A stretch of DNA of 64,000 bases from Myxococcales bacterium (GCA_043747615.1 JAYTOU010000023.1:64001-128000); one strand, 5' to 3'; positions 36,987 through 47,068 are shown, counted from the stretch's first letter. Program-made: numbers and translations. Notes: a model not told the origin generated them from the letters alone.

Positions 36987-39278
36987 TCAGCCGCCGTCGC
37001 CGGTCGCACTTTGTTGGATGCACTGCAAGCTCACCTTAGCGCCAACGCCAGGGTTTCCGGCGGTCGAGAACTTGATGGCCTGCGGGCAGGTGCCGCCCGT
37101 TGCTCCTTCGGTGAGGTAGCACCAGCCGGGCTTAGGAGAGTCGGCGCACGAGTCGTTCACGAAGTCCTTCTTCGTGAGCTGAGTGACTTGGCAAACCGGA
37201 CCCATCTGTTCGCCGGCGTCACCGCCGTTGGCTGCGTTCACGCCTTCGATGAACTTCGCCAAGACTGCGGGGTCCGGCTGGGTGAGCCCCTTCGCCGGGT
37301 CGCATGCGTTCCCCTGATTCAGGCCAGGCGCAGCTGCGAGGGTCTCCAAGATGAGGCAGGGCACATTGCCGGTCTCGTCCGCGGTGAGCGCCTCGGGGAG
37401 GCACTGGTTGGCGAGCGCGTTCTTCAAGCGATCGACGATTGCGCGCACGGCGGGACGGTAGCCGTAATCGGGGTTCGTCGTGTCGCTCGGCTCACGCGGG
37501 CACAGAGAGGCGACGATCGACTGCTCGCCAAGCTTGTTGGCGACCTGGAGCTCCTGGACAGTCGGATATGCCTTTCCGAGGATCTGGGTGGTCTTCGGAT
37601 TCGCAGTGCCGTCGCCGCACAGCGGTGACGCCGTTGCGGTCTGGCAGTCGCACGCGCCGTGGTTTGCGATCAACGTGCAGTCCTTCGGCGCCGGGAGCTT
37701 GAAGGTGCATGCAAACTGTAGCCGCAAATCGGCGCTGGTCGGTTGCCACTCGTTGGTGTGCACATCGTCAGCACCCACACCGGCCCGCGGGGTGGCCGAC
37801 TCGAGCATGTGCTTGTCGATGCCCGACGTGTCGTAGTTCGCCGGATCTTTTCCGAGAATACGCGTCCAGTCGTCCACGTTTAGCGACGCCTTGAAGGGGG
37901 CCTTGTTGCCGGCCGTCATGTTCGTCGGATCCTCCGTGAGGAGCTGCCACGGCACGCCGCCGATGATCGCGTAGAAGACGAGGTCGGCCGTGCGGGGCCC
38001 GGGCGTAAGATGGCAGAGATCGGCGGTGGGGCTGGTGGGCAGATTCGTCGAGAAGAGCGGGTTCGAGCAGTTCGCTGTGCCCACGTAGTTGAAGCCTTTG
38101 CCTGCGGGGTGCTCGCCGTTGCGATCGGGCACCTGACGCGCGCTCAGGCCTTTGACATAGCGATCGATCGGGAAGCGCGGGTCATATCCGAAACGCTCCT
38201 TGGGCTTGTAGAAGCGGTCGTTGATGCCGTCGGTGGTGTCGTCGAGCGCCGTGGTGCATCCGGTATCGCCCCCCGTGCCCATCAAGTAACACGACTGGCA
38301 CTTTGGGTCGTTCGGAGCCGTCGCGCAGATCTGCGTGCCACCTTTCACGTGCGTGGACTGCTCGTAGTACCAAGCGTGACCGCCGAAGCTTAGGGGGTCG
38401 ACCGTCGACTCGTTTTCGTCCGTGAGCAGGATGACCGCAACGAGCGAATCGGGACGTAGGAAATCATGACGCTGCTTGAGGAGATCGCCATCGACTCCAT
38501 CGAGAACCGCGACGTCCCCGTTCTTCTTGATCGTCGCGTACGGATCGGGCTGAATCAGGAAGCGGTACCACGACTCGAGCTGGGCTTCGTAGCCGCAGCC
38601 GTGCTCGTGGGTTCCGACCACCATGTCCTTGAAGTCATTTACGAGGACGGCTGGATCGGAGAGCGCCGGCACGGGGGGGGCGGGCTTGCCCATGTTCGCC
38701 GGGGCGACCGACGGCGGCGGTAGCCAGGCCAGGAAGTTCACGGGCTTCGCGTCGTTCACGAGGTGCTCGTCGTCACCGCCACGGTTGAGCAAGTGCCCAG
38801 AGTCGTCGTTGTGGCCGTTCAGCGCCGGGTTCGTCTCGTTCACGTTCGCTACCGAGCAGGCATCCGAGCCGCGACCGCCGAGGGACGAGGACAGGATGCC
38901 GATGTGCATGTCATGCACCGGTGGGAACTCGATTTTCGTACCGTCCGGGCATTTTCCGCCGGCGGACACGGACTTAGCCGCCCCCGAGGTGTCGACGCAG
39001 TTGGGCGTAACAAGGCGGGTGATCAGGTCGGGGACCGCCGCGGCGAAGAGGGACTGCTTGTCCCCCATGGACGCCGAGTTGTCGATCGTGAAGAGGAGAT
39101 CGATTTTGTCGATCGCGGCCTGGCGCACGACGGCGGTGAAGTTCGTCTTCGTCGTCGGCTCCTGGTGCGTGACTGGCCGGCTAAGGCAGCCGCCTCCGGC
39201 GAGGCTTACGCCACCGAGGATTGAAGCCACCATCAGCCCGCGGCTAAGTACGCGCAAGGTCGATTTCTTCTCGTTCAT
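36987..39278 (-). CDS. Large Cys-rich myxobacterial surface lipoprotein with vWA-like N-terminus
   Basis: Signal ending GGC; KIDLLFTIDNSASM (DxSxS MIDAS), GCGYEAQLE, FLRPDS, LTDENE; many Cys. Confidence 0.82.
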   Translation of the reverse strand: MNEKKSTLRVLSRGLMVASILGGVSLAGGGCLSRPVTHQEPTTKTNFTAVVRQAAIDKIDLLFTIDNSASMGDKQSLFAAAVPDLITRLVTPNCVDTSGAAKSVSAGGKCPDGTKIEFPPVHDMHIGILSSSLGGRGSDACSVANVNETNPALNGHNDDSGHLLNRGGDDEHLVNDAKPVNFLAWLPPPSVAPANMGKPAPPVPALSDPAVLVNDFKDMVVGTHEHGCGYEAQLESWYRFLIQPDPYATIKKNGDVAVLDGVDGDLLKQRHDFLRPDSLVAVILLTDENESTVDPLSFGGHAWYYEQSTHVKGGTQICATAPNDPKCQSCYLMGTGGDTGCTTALDDTTDGINDRFYKPKERFGYDPRFPIDRYVKGLSARQVPDRNGEHPAGKGFNYVGTANCSNPLFSTNLPTSPTADLCHLTPGPRTADLVFYAIIGGVPWQLLTEDPTNMTAGNKAPFKASLNVDDWTRILGKDPANYDTSGIDKHMLESATPRAGVGADDVHTNEWQPTSADLRLQFACTFKLPAPKDCTLIANHGACDCQTATASPLCGDGTANPKTTQILGKAYPTVQELQVANKLGEQSIVASLCPREPSDTTNPDYGYRPAVRAIVDRLKNALANQCLPEALTADETGNVPCLILETLAAAPGLNQGNACDPAKGLTQPDPAVLAKFIEGVNAANGGDAGEQMGPVCQVTQLTKKDFVNDSCADSPKPGWCYLTEGATGGTCPQAIKFSTAGNPGVGAKVSLQCIQQSATGDGG

Positions 39279-39290
39279 GCCATGCAGTAA

Positions 39291-39307
39291 AGCATGTCTT
39301 ACGCCAA
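39291..39307 (-). promoter_or_regulatory. Putative sigma54 -24/-12 promoter
   Basis: Minus strand TTGGCGTAAGACATGCT = GG-N10-GC. Confidence 0.5.
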
Positions 39308-39383
39308 AAGTGGGAGTGCGTATTACGCGGTCTTTTCGCGAATCGGCGCCGGCTGCGTCGTCAACCGAGTTGGCGGAGGCCTC

Positions 39384-41315
39384 TTACGTTGGCTCGGGAC
39401 GGGGGAGTGGCTCGTTTTGAACGGGGAAGGCCTTACGCAGGGCCGCGACGTGGCGGCGGGTGACCCCAGCGACGCCGAGAAGCGTGGCGTCGTCGGCGCG
39501 CTGGATGGCCGCCAGGCTTCCGAGAGTTTTCAAGAGTGCCTTCTTCGTCACGGGCCCGATGCCCCGGATGTCGTCGAGGGCCGAGTGCATGCGGCGCGCT
39601 TTTCCGAGCCGTTTGCGCGCGAAGTTGGAGAAGCGGTGGGCCTCGTCGCGGACGCGGGCGAGAAAAAAGAGGGACGCCGAGTGGGTCTTGAGCGGAATCG
39701 GATTTTTCTGCCCCGGCAAGTAGACCCGATCGACGAGGGCCTCGCCGAGCGCGCTCTCCTTCTCCTTGGCGAGCGCCACGATCGGAAGTGCGTGGAGCCC
39801 GAGATCGTGGGCCGCGGCGAGAGCGACCGCGAGCTGCCCCCTACCCCCGTCGACGACGAAGAGATCCGGCAGATCCCACTCCAGCTCCTCGGTCGCCCTC
39901 CGGAACCTGCGCGCGAGGACCTCGTACATCGCGCCGTAGTCGTCTCCGCTGAGCCCGCGCCCTTCGGCGGAGGTGCCGTCCGCGTTTACGCCGCGCACGT
40001 TGAAGGTGCGGTAACGCTTCTTGTCGGGAAGGCCGTCGGTCATCGCCACGATCGCGCCGACGGTGTCACCACCTCCGAGATGAGAGATGTCGCAGCATTC
40101 GATCCTCCGCGGAATCGTCGGCAAACGTAGCCTCTCCTGGAGCTGGGCGAGCCGCTCCTGGACGTCGTCCGAGGTGCGGCGCTTTTCGAGAAATGCGTGG
40201 CGCGCGTTGTCATTTGCGAGGGCGAGTAGATCGACGCGAGGCCCGCGCTTCGGAAAAATAAGGAGGATCTTGTGCTGCGCTTTTTCACCGAGCCACTCTG
40301 CGATGCCGACGTGCCCTTCGGGGAGACAGGGCACGACGATCTCCTCGGGCACCGGGACGAACGGCGCATCCGGATCTTCCTCCGCGCTCGCCGAGTGGCC
40401 GTAGTGCTGGGCGAGGAAGGCGGCGACGATCTCGTCGTCCGGGATCTCCGCTCCCTTCACGGAGAAGGTGGCGACGTCGGCCAGCTTACCCGCGCGAATA
40501 TAGAGGAGCGCGAGCTCGACGAGATCTTCCTCGCGGTAGAATCCGAGCACGTCGCGATCTCCTCCGTCAGGGCTCACCACGCGCTGCGACTCGCGGATGC
40601 TGTCGATCGCGCGGAGTTGATCGCGGTATACGGCAGCGAGCTCGAAGCGCATCGTGCGCGCGCTCTCCGCCATTTTGTTGGCGATTTCGTGGAAGAGCTC
40701 GTCGTGACGGTTCTCGAGGAACATCGCCACGGAGCGCACCTGCTCGACGTACCACGCCTTGTCGACGTCGTAGACGCACGGCGCCGGGCATCGCTTGATC
40801 TGATGCTGCAAGCACGGACGCTTCCGCTGTTTGAGCTCGAGGTCGCTGCAGGTGCGAAGCTGAAAGTGCTTGTTGGTGAGGTGAAGCGTGCGCCTCGCGG
40901 CCGTCGCCGAGTGGTACGGACCGAAGTAGCGCGCGCCATCCTTCGCGGGATTGCGAACCACGTCCAGGCGGGGCCACAAGTGATCGACGCCCAGGCGAAG
41001 CGACAGGTACTCCTTGTCGTCGCGGAGCTTTACGTTGTACCGCGGGTGATGCTCCTTGATGAGCGTGTTCTCGAGGATCGTCGCCTCTTTCTCCGTGCCG
41101 GTGACGATCGTCTCGAGGTCGCCGATTGTCGTCTGGAGAAGCGGGATGAAGTAGCGGCTGTCGCTCTGCCCCGTCTGGAAATAGCTGCGAACGCGGCTCC
41201 GCAGACTCTTCGCCTTGCCCACATATAGGACGACGCCGCTTCTGTCCCTGAAGAGGTAGACGCCCGGCTGCGCGGGTAGCGACGCTAGCTTCTCGGTGAC
41301 GGCGACGGGGAGCAT
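39384..41315 (-). CDS. uvrC: Excinuclease ABC subunit C
   Basis: GIY-YIG (PGVYLF..YVGKAK), FELAAVYRD, IECCDISH, DGGRGQL, RDEAHRF, HhH. Confidence 0.97.
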   Translation of the reverse strand: MLPVAVTEKLASLPAQPGVYLFRDRSGVVLYVGKAKSLRSRVRSYFQTGQSDSRYFIPLLQTTIGDLETIVTGTEKEATILENTLIKEHHPRYNVKLRDDKEYLSLRLGVDHLWPRLDVVRNPAKDGARYFGPYHSATAARRTLHLTNKHFQLRTCSDLELKQRKRPCLQHQIKRCPAPCVYDVDKAWYVEQVRSVAMFLENRHDELFHEIANKMAESARTMRFELAAVYRDQLRAIDSIRESQRVVSPDGGDRDVLGFYREEDLVELALLYIRAGKLADVATFSVKGAEIPDDEIVAAFLAQHYGHSASAEEDPDAPFVPVPEEIVVPCLPEGHVGIAEWLGEKAQHKILLIFPKRGPRVDLLALANDNARHAFLEKRRTSDDVQERLAQLQERLRLPTIPRRIECCDISHLGGGDTVGAIVAMTDGLPDKKRYRTFNVRGVNADGTSAEGRGLSGDDYGAMYEVLARRFRRATEELEWDLPDLFVVDGGRGQLAVALAAAHDLGLHALPIVALAKEKESALGEALVDRVYLPGQKNPIPLKTHSASLFFLARVRDEAHRFSNFARKRLGKARRMHSALDDIRGIGPVTKKALLKTLGSLAAIQRADDATLLGVAGVTRRHVAALRKAFPVQNEPLPRPEPT

Positions 41316-41452
41316 GACCCGGTTGTTTTACCTCGAACGCCCACGCGAGGGGAGCGCACTTCCGTCCAATCACCCGCGGTGGAGCGCTGGCGGGGTCTTG
41401 GGGCGCTATGGTCCGAGACTGCAACATCGTGGACATCGAAGACTAGTTATAG

Positions 41453-42727
41453 TTAGAGCGTCCTCAGGTACGCGAGGAGTGAAGCGCGGGCGGATGCGTC
41501 GAGGTCGAGGCCGAAGCGGTGGCCGGGGATCGTGCGCGCCGGATCGAAGAGGGCGTCGAGAGACTTGATCGATGCATCATGCAACAATAGACCGCGGGTG
41601 GACACACCATGGAGCGATGGAACCCTGTAAAATCCAGTACCGCGGTCGCTCGAGCGCCCGATGAGCGGATCGGTTCCAACGACGTCGAGGGGGACGGGAG
41701 GGCCCGTGAAGGACGGCGGCGCGTGACACGACGCACAGCTCTTGATGAAGAGGTCCGCTCCTCGTTGTTCGGCGTCGCTCACCGGCACCCTCCCCTCCAC
41801 GCTCGCGGAGAGCGACCAAAGGTACGTCGCGAGACCGAGCGCAACTTCCCGCGGCGGACGGAGCACCTGACCGTGCGACGTGATGATCAGCGTCTCGATG
41901 CGGATAGCGAGCGAGGTGAGATCGCGCTGAGCAACGGTAGCATCGTGATGCAAATGCGTGAGCCAGCGCGTGGGACGGAGATCGGGAATGCGCACCGGCT
42001 CGATCGCTTGATGGGTCGTGACGTCGACCCGGCCCGGTCCCCACGATTGAAGGCGCGCGACGAGCTCATTGTCGGTGCCGGCGGTGGCCTCGGCCAGCAA
42101 GAGGCCGAGATCTTGCGCGTTGTTCCCGACGCCAATGATGAACGTGTCTGCGTCGCGGCGAGCGTGGCAGCTGGCGCAGGTAATCGCCAGAGCGCGCGTC
42201 CCGTCGGCGAGCTCCACGCGCAGGAGGCCGTTCACGCCGCGGGCGTCGTCTACCCAGAGGCCGTAGCGTTTTGCTTCTGCGCGTGACGTTGTTGCAGCCC
42301 CGAACGACGGGGCGAGCTGCATCGGATAGCGAAAGAAAGCCTCTTCGCCGAGGGCGCGAAGAGCGTCGTCTCCTCGAATGCCCTCGGTCACCAGGGCGCG
42401 CGCGCCGGAGCCGAGCACAGCATTGGGATGCACCCCACCCGCGGCATCGAGCTCCCCCGCGCCCACGATCTCCGCGCGCGGATTCCATTCCGGAAGGTTC
42501 TGCCACGCACGTGCCCCGCTCGCTTCGTAATGCGACAGGCGAAGCGCGGAGTAGGCGTTGGTAGGGTTGACGAGCGATGCTTCCAGGCTCGATCGACGGT
42601 AGGCCGCGTCGTCCAGGTACGTGCCGGACGGACGCGAGCCTTCACTGCTGCAAGCCCCGCCGAGGAGCGCCGCGAGTGTGAGCGCCGCCGATGGGATCAG
42701 CCCGCGCAGATGACAAGCGCCTGGCAT
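41453..42727 (-). CDS. Di-haem c-type cytochrome lipoprotein (start uncertain)
   Basis: LGGAC lipobox, two CASCH motifs, GPGRVD, YRVPSLHGV, LLHD. Confidence 0.8.
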   Translation of the reverse strand: MPGACHLRGLIPSAALTLAALLGGACSSEGSRPSGTYLDDAAYRRSSLEASLVNPTNAYSALRLSHYEASGARAWQNLPEWNPRAEIVGAGELDAAGGVHPNAVLGSGARALVTEGIRGDDALRALGEEAFFRYPMQLAPSFGAATTSRAEAKRYGLWVDDARGVNGLLRVELADGTRALAITCASCHARRDADTFIIGVGNNAQDLGLLLAEATAGTDNELVARLQSWGPGRVDVTTHQAIEPVRIPDLRPTRWLTHLHHDATVAQRDLTSLAIRIETLIITSHGQVLRPPREVALGLATYLWSLSASVEGRVPVSDAEQRGADLFIKSCASCHAPPSFTGPPVPLDVVGTDPLIGRSSDRGTGFYRVPSLHGVSTRGLLLHDASIKSLDALFDPARTIPGHRFGLDLDASARASLLAYLRTL

Positions 42728-43320
42728 GTCCATTTTTTCGCGGTTGGCGCCCACACGCAGGACGCGGGTGCTGGCGTCGCGTTCTTGCAGTCCCCATCGT
42801 TCGCGCATTCGTCGCCCGCGGTGTGACAGTAGAACCCGCCGACCGCGGTTCCGCTGCAGCTCCCTCCCGTCGTCGGCGAGCAGTAACCTGCGGGGCCGCA
42901 GTCTGCGTCGATCCTGCAGTTCACGGCCACACACTGGTTGCCGGTGGCCGCACAGCTACACGCTTGGTCCGCAGCGCAATCGCCGTCGGCGAAGCAGGCA
43001 TCGTAGGTGCAGTAGTCTCCGGAGCGGTTCCCCGTGGAGCGGCCGCAGCGCCCGTTCTTGCCTTGCGTGCAGTCTGCATCCACTGCACAGCTCCCAGGAA
43101 TTCCGGAGTCGGCGCCTCCCGCATCGACGTTCTGCGGGGGCCGGCTCATGGAGCACGTCGGCGCCATCGGCCGGTGCTTGTAAGGTACGCCGGGAGTGAA
43201 GCTGCCGTCGCCGCCTCCGCCATCTCCGCCTCCGGGAGCCGCCGTCGCTCCACCGCAGTGAATCATGCCGACGCCAAACATCACCAACATCGCGCTTCGT
43301 ACGAGCGAAGTAGTTTTCAT
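42697..43320 (-). CDS. Small Cys-rich secreted lipoprotein
   Basis: Signal with IHC-GG; repeated CxxDxDC units. Confidence 0.8.
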   Translation of the reverse strand: MKTTSLVRSAMLVMFGVGMIHCGGATAAPGGGDGGGGDGSFTPGVPYKHRPMAPTCSMSRPPQNVDAGGADSGIPGSCAVDADCTQGKNGRCGRSTGNRSGDYCTYDACFADGDCAADQACSCAATGNQCVAVNCRIDADCGPAGYCSPTTGGSCSGTAVGGFYCHTAGDECANDGDCKNATPAPASCVWAPTAKKWTCQALVICAG

Positions 43321-43335
43321 TCTGACGTCCATCAT

Positions 43336-43352
43336 CGCAAGCAGCGAGCCAG
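43336..43352 (-). promoter_or_regulatory. Putative sigma54 -24/-12 promoter
   Basis: Minus strand CTGGCTCGCTGCTTGCG, close to consensus YTGGCACGNNNNTTGCW. Confidence 0.7.
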
Positions 43353-43448
43353 GGGCCAAAGCAGTGGAAAACGCGCGGTTTCCGAAGCCCCATGCTGATC
43401 GAGACGCCCTCGACGGCACGCTCTGGCGCAGGGTACAGGGCGCGAGAC

Positions 43449-44105
43449 CTACGGAAGAATCGTCTGGGTGCGGAAGCGGATGGTCTTGTCGCTCGTGCCT
43501 ATGGTGCGGACAAAGAGGCCGACGAACGAGCCGAAGAGGGCGTCGCTTGGACCGATCCCGGTGGAGCCAGTTGGCCGCGAGACCCAGCGTCGCATCTGCT
43601 CGAGCATCTCGGGGCTCACCGGGTTCACATCCACGATCACTCCCAAAAAATGCGGCGTGCGCGGCGTTAGGACAGAGCGATCGACGACAGCGAGATCGCG
43701 CGCCTCGGCGCACTGACGCAGGACACCCTCGACGTTGATCACCGCGGTGTCGCGCTCGCCGCCGGGACCCGTGAGCGTGATGCGGTACACCTCGTCCCAG
43801 AGATCGTAGCGGACCTTGCAGGTGCGCACGGCGAGAGCGATCGGATCGGGCTCGCCCTCCCGGATCACGTACGCGCGCATGGCGATGACCGTAGGCAGAC
43901 CGCTCGAGAGCTTGGCGGTAAGCGCCGCGTCGATGACGTCTCTGTAAGAGAAGCTCGCGCGCAGGAGCGTACGGTCCCACGCAAAGTTGGCTTGCCTGCT
44001 CGGGAGCGCGGCGACGGCGGCAGGCGCTGCTTGCTGGGCGTGCGCAGAGAGCGGCGCGAGGCACGCAAGAGCGAGCGCGAAGAAGAGGAATCGGAGAAGC
44101 CGCAT
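43449..44105 (-). CDS. DUF4390-like secreted protein
   Basis: Signal peptide; LSSGLP, VRYDLWDEVY; TGATG coupling to Omp85 gene. Confidence 0.7.
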   Translation of the reverse strand: MRLLRFLFFALALACLAPLSAHAQQAAPAAVAALPSRQANFAWDRTLLRASFSYRDVIDAALTAKLSSGLPTVIAMRAYVIREGEPDPIALAVRTCKVRYDLWDEVYRITLTGPGGERDTAVINVEGVLRQCAEARDLAVVDRSVLTPRTPHFLGVIVDVNPVSPEMLEQMRRWVSRPTGSTGIGPSDALFGSFVGLFVRTIGTSDKTIRFRTQTILP

Positions 44106-45757
44106 CAGGGCCTCCCGCTTCCGCGCAGTGGCACGAAGCCGAGGAAGTTCGAGACGCCGAGCGTGAATCCGCCCGCCGAGGTCTCGATGCGCAGCCCGGC
44201 ATTGAACGTGAGATCGATGGGGACGGTCGCGAGGCCAGAGTACCCGCGCGCATGCTGGGTGAGATCGATCTCGTTGGCGACACCGTAGATTCCCGCGGAG
44301 GTGAAGAAATCGACTCCGTACACGGAGCGGTGGCCGCGGTAGAGTGGGACGCGATACTCGGCGCTGAGCTTCGCGGCGTACTGTCCGTAGCGAATCTCGA
44401 CGATATCGGTGCCGAGAAAATTAGGCGCGGCACGGCGATCGAACGCAAGATCGAGCACGCGATCGGGGAGAAGATCGCTCAGGTCGCCGACGTAGAATTT
44501 TTCGAAGAGCGGAGCGTTCCCCATGATCGCGCCGCCGAAGGCCTCGAGCTTGAGGACGTGGCCCCACGGCAGGAGCGTCCACCGCGCGGCATCGATCTGG
44601 AGCTTTGCGTACGGGTAGTCGCTCCCGAGCGGAGCGAGAGAAGCCTCGGTGAGGAGAGCCAGCTTGACGCCGCGGGTCGGCAAAAACGGCTCGTCTCGCG
44701 TGTCGTGCACGAGAGCCGCGCGGAGCGTGGACAGGACGGAGCTTCCGGAGGCGATCTGAAAATCGATCGGCTCGACGTCGAGACCGCGCTTGTGGCTCGC
44801 GGCGAGCGGGAGGAGCGCGTCGATCTTCTCTAGGCGGTAATCGAAGAAGACCTGGGTGGAGATGCTGAGGTCGTGCCCGGCGCCCACCATGCCGCCGAAG
44901 CGGCGGTAGGACGCGACGGCGAAGTCTTGAGCCACGTGAACGGAGGGGTCGTCGACGAGTACGTCTTTGTTGCCGAAGAAGTCGCGCGCTTGGCTGTAGA
45001 GAAGCTGCGCCTCGACGGTCCACTCCGTGCCGAGGACTTGCGGAGAAGCGAAGCGCGAACGGAGCGCGAGCTGGCGATCGGCGAGAGCCACGGCGCCGCC
45101 GAGCGTGACCCCCGTGCCCGCGAGGTTCGTCTCTGCAACGTCGATCCCGCCGTACGCCGTGAGCGGACGAGCGGCACCGTTGGGCTCTGCATCGGCCGAG
45201 AGCCCGAGCCAGAGGTCGTTGACCACGATGGTGTTTCGCTCGACGACGTTGACGACGAGAACGACCGAACCACGGCGCGAGCCCTTTCGCAGCGAGAGCT
45301 GGACGTCGCGAAAAAAGCCCGTTCCGAGCAGTCGGAAGCGGGTGAGCTCGAGCTCGGCGTCGTCGACGTTGAGCGTGTCGCCGGAATGGAACGGCACGTA
45401 CCGAAGGACGACGCGGGCGAGCGTGCTGGTGTTACCGCGGATCTCGATCCCCTCGAGGAGATAGCGCAGGCCGACCCTCCCAGGCGCGCGAACGATCGCC
45501 TGCGACGGTTCTTCGGGAGGCGGCGGTGCGTCGGGCCGCGGGGGCGTCGAGGCTGGCGGAGCGTCGACCGGCGTGCCGATCGTAGAAGGTGGAGGGAGCG
45601 GCGCCGGACCGGACGGCTCCGCGGCGGGAGCAGTCGGCGGCGGAGGCGGCGTCGTGTCTCCGCCCCAGGTGCGAATCGGCTGCGCAGACGCCGAGCGGGC
45701 GATCGCCACGCACAGCACGAGCCCCGCTCCAAGTCTGACCCGCGCCCTCGTACCCAC
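44105..45757 (-). CDS. Omp85 (BamA/TamA family) outer membrane protein
   Basis: Signal, Pro linker, POTRA (IEIRGN..LLGTGFFRDV..VVER), ETNLAGTG, DTRDEPFLPTRG, EYRVPL. Confidence 0.85.
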   Translation of the reverse strand: MGTRARVRLGAGLVLCVAIARSASAQPIRTWGGDTTPPPPPTAPAAEPSGPAPLPPPSTIGTPVDAPPASTPPRPDAPPPPEEPSQAIVRAPGRVGLRYLLEGIEIRGNTSTLARVVLRYVPFHSGDTLNVDDAELELTRFRLLGTGFFRDVQLSLRKGSRRGSVVLVVNVVERNTIVVNDLWLGLSADAEPNGAARPLTAYGGIDVAETNLAGTGVTLGGAVALADRQLALRSRFASPQVLGTEWTVEAQLLYSQARDFFGNKDVLVDDPSVHVAQDFAVASYRRFGGMVGAGHDLSISTQVFFDYRLEKIDALLPLAASHKRGLDVEPIDFQIASGSSVLSTLRAALVHDTRDEPFLPTRGVKLALLTEASLAPLGSDYPYAKLQIDAARWTLLPWGHVLKLEAFGGAIMGNAPLFEKFYVGDLSDLLPDRVLDLAFDRRAAPNFLGTDIVEIRYGQYAAKLSAEYRVPLYRGHRSVYGVDFFTSAGIYGVANEIDLTQHARGYSGLATVPIDLTFNAGLRIETSAGGFTLGVSNFLGFVPLRGSGRP

Positions 45758-45768
45758 GCGCGTCGAGG

Positions 45769-46416
45769 CTACCCTTTAAAGTCCGGCTGCCGCTCAGGAA
45801 GGGCGAGCTGCGCGGCATCCGTTGCAAGAGCGGACTCGGCCGCCGCCACAGCGCGCGGATATTTCGTGAGGTCCACCCCGAAGCGCTGCGCGTTGTACAT
45901 TTGCGGAACGAGAAAGACGTCGGCCGCGGTGAGGGCGTCGCCGTACGCGTACTTTCCCTCGATTCCTTCTTTCTCGTGGATGGCCATCAGCCGTTCGAAG
46001 GACGCGAGCCCGCGGGCGATGAAGTGACATGCCCACGTCTTTCGGGCTTCGGGCTCGAGCGAGTGGTGGTCGAGCACGCTCAGGTTTTGCAGCGGTTGGG
46101 TCCCCGCGTTGATCACTTCGACGAGCGCACGTACGCGCGCGCGTGCCCATGGGTCCCGCGGGAAGAGCGGCGGATCGGGGAAGAGATCCTCCACGAGCTC
46201 GATGATGGCCACGGACTCGACGACCATCTTACCGTCGATCACCAGGCACGGCACGAACCCCGTCGGGCTCCGCGCGGCGTGCGCATCGAGCTTGTGCTCA
46301 CCCGTTGCCAGATTCACCGTTCGTGATTCGTACTCGATTTTTTTCGCGGAGAGCGCGAAGCGTACGCGGTAGGAGGAGGACGATCGCCAGTACGTGTAGA
46401 GGACGATGGACGCCAT
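45769..46416 (-). CDS. maiA: Maleylacetoacetate isomerase (GST zeta)
   Basis: YWRSSSSYRVR, TQPLQNL, PERQPD. Confidence 0.93.
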   Translation of the reverse strand: MASIVLYTYWRSSSSYRVRFALSAKKIEYESRTVNLATGEHKLDAHAARSPTGFVPCLVIDGKMVVESVAIIELVEDLFPDPPLFPRDPWARARVRALVEVINAGTQPLQNLSVLDHHSLEPEARKTWACHFIARGLASFERLMAIHEKEGIEGKYAYGDALTAADVFLVPQMYNAQRFGVDLTKYPRAVAAAESALATDAAQLALPERQPDFKG

Positions 46417-46509
46417 GATCTCGGGTAACAGTTTCGCACAAATCGTCGCGGGAGGGTCGCCCTAGCTGTGCCTCGACACCCGGCGGCTCTTTCCGGCATC
46501 GTGAGGACC

Positions 46510-47052
46510 ATGATGCGAAAGCTTTTTCTCGCGATGACGATGTCCGCCGTCGGTCTCGGCCTCGGCTGCGGAGGCGAGGACTGGGGTGGACCAAAAGGGC
46601 CCCCGCCCCCTCCGTCGCCTGCTCCCATTCTCTTCGCCGCGCCCCCGCCGTCCCTCGACGCAGGCCGCATGAAAGTAGACGTGACCTCGTCTGCGCAGGC
46701 ACCCGCAAAGAGCGAAGCAAAGCCCCAAGGCGACGGCGGCGTTCCAGTCTTCCCTCACGTGGAAGGCTCGATTTCAGGCGGAAAAATACCCGATTACGAG
46801 GAGACCGTGGCCGGCATGCGACCGGCGCTCAAGGCATGCGTCGACGGCAAAGGCGAGCTCGACGCAGTGGTAGAGATCACCGCAAAGGTCGGAGCGAAGG
46901 GCGCCGTCACCGGCTCCGACTCGATGGGCGGAACGCAATTCTCAGAGGGCGCCGTCCCTTGCCTGATCAAGCGGATCGAGGCAGCCACGTTCAAGAAGCC
47001 GACCGACGGCTCACCCCGCGTCACGTTCCGAATCAAAATGCGGAAGGAGTGA
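46510..47052 (+). CDS. Lipoprotein with TonB/AgmX-PglI-like C-terminal domain
   Basis: LGC lipobox; LKAC...CLIKRIEAATFKKP...VTFRI. Confidence 0.68.
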   Translation: MMRKLFLAMTMSAVGLGLGCGGEDWGGPKGPPPPPSPAPILFAAPPPSLDAGRMKVDVTSSAQAPAKSEAKPQGDGGVPVFPHVEGSISGGKIPDYEETVAGMRPALKACVDGKGELDAVVEITAKVGAKGAVTGSDSMGGTQFSEGAVPCLIKRIEAATFKKPTDGSPRVTFRIKMRKE

Positions 47053-47068
47053 CGACACCGCAGGGCCG

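Noticed and set aside
43321..44448. 583-aa ORF 42697..44448 and the many other long Arg/Ala-rich overlapping ORFs
   Set aside because: Shadow frames expected in high-GC DNA; they overlap better-supported genes and lack motifs
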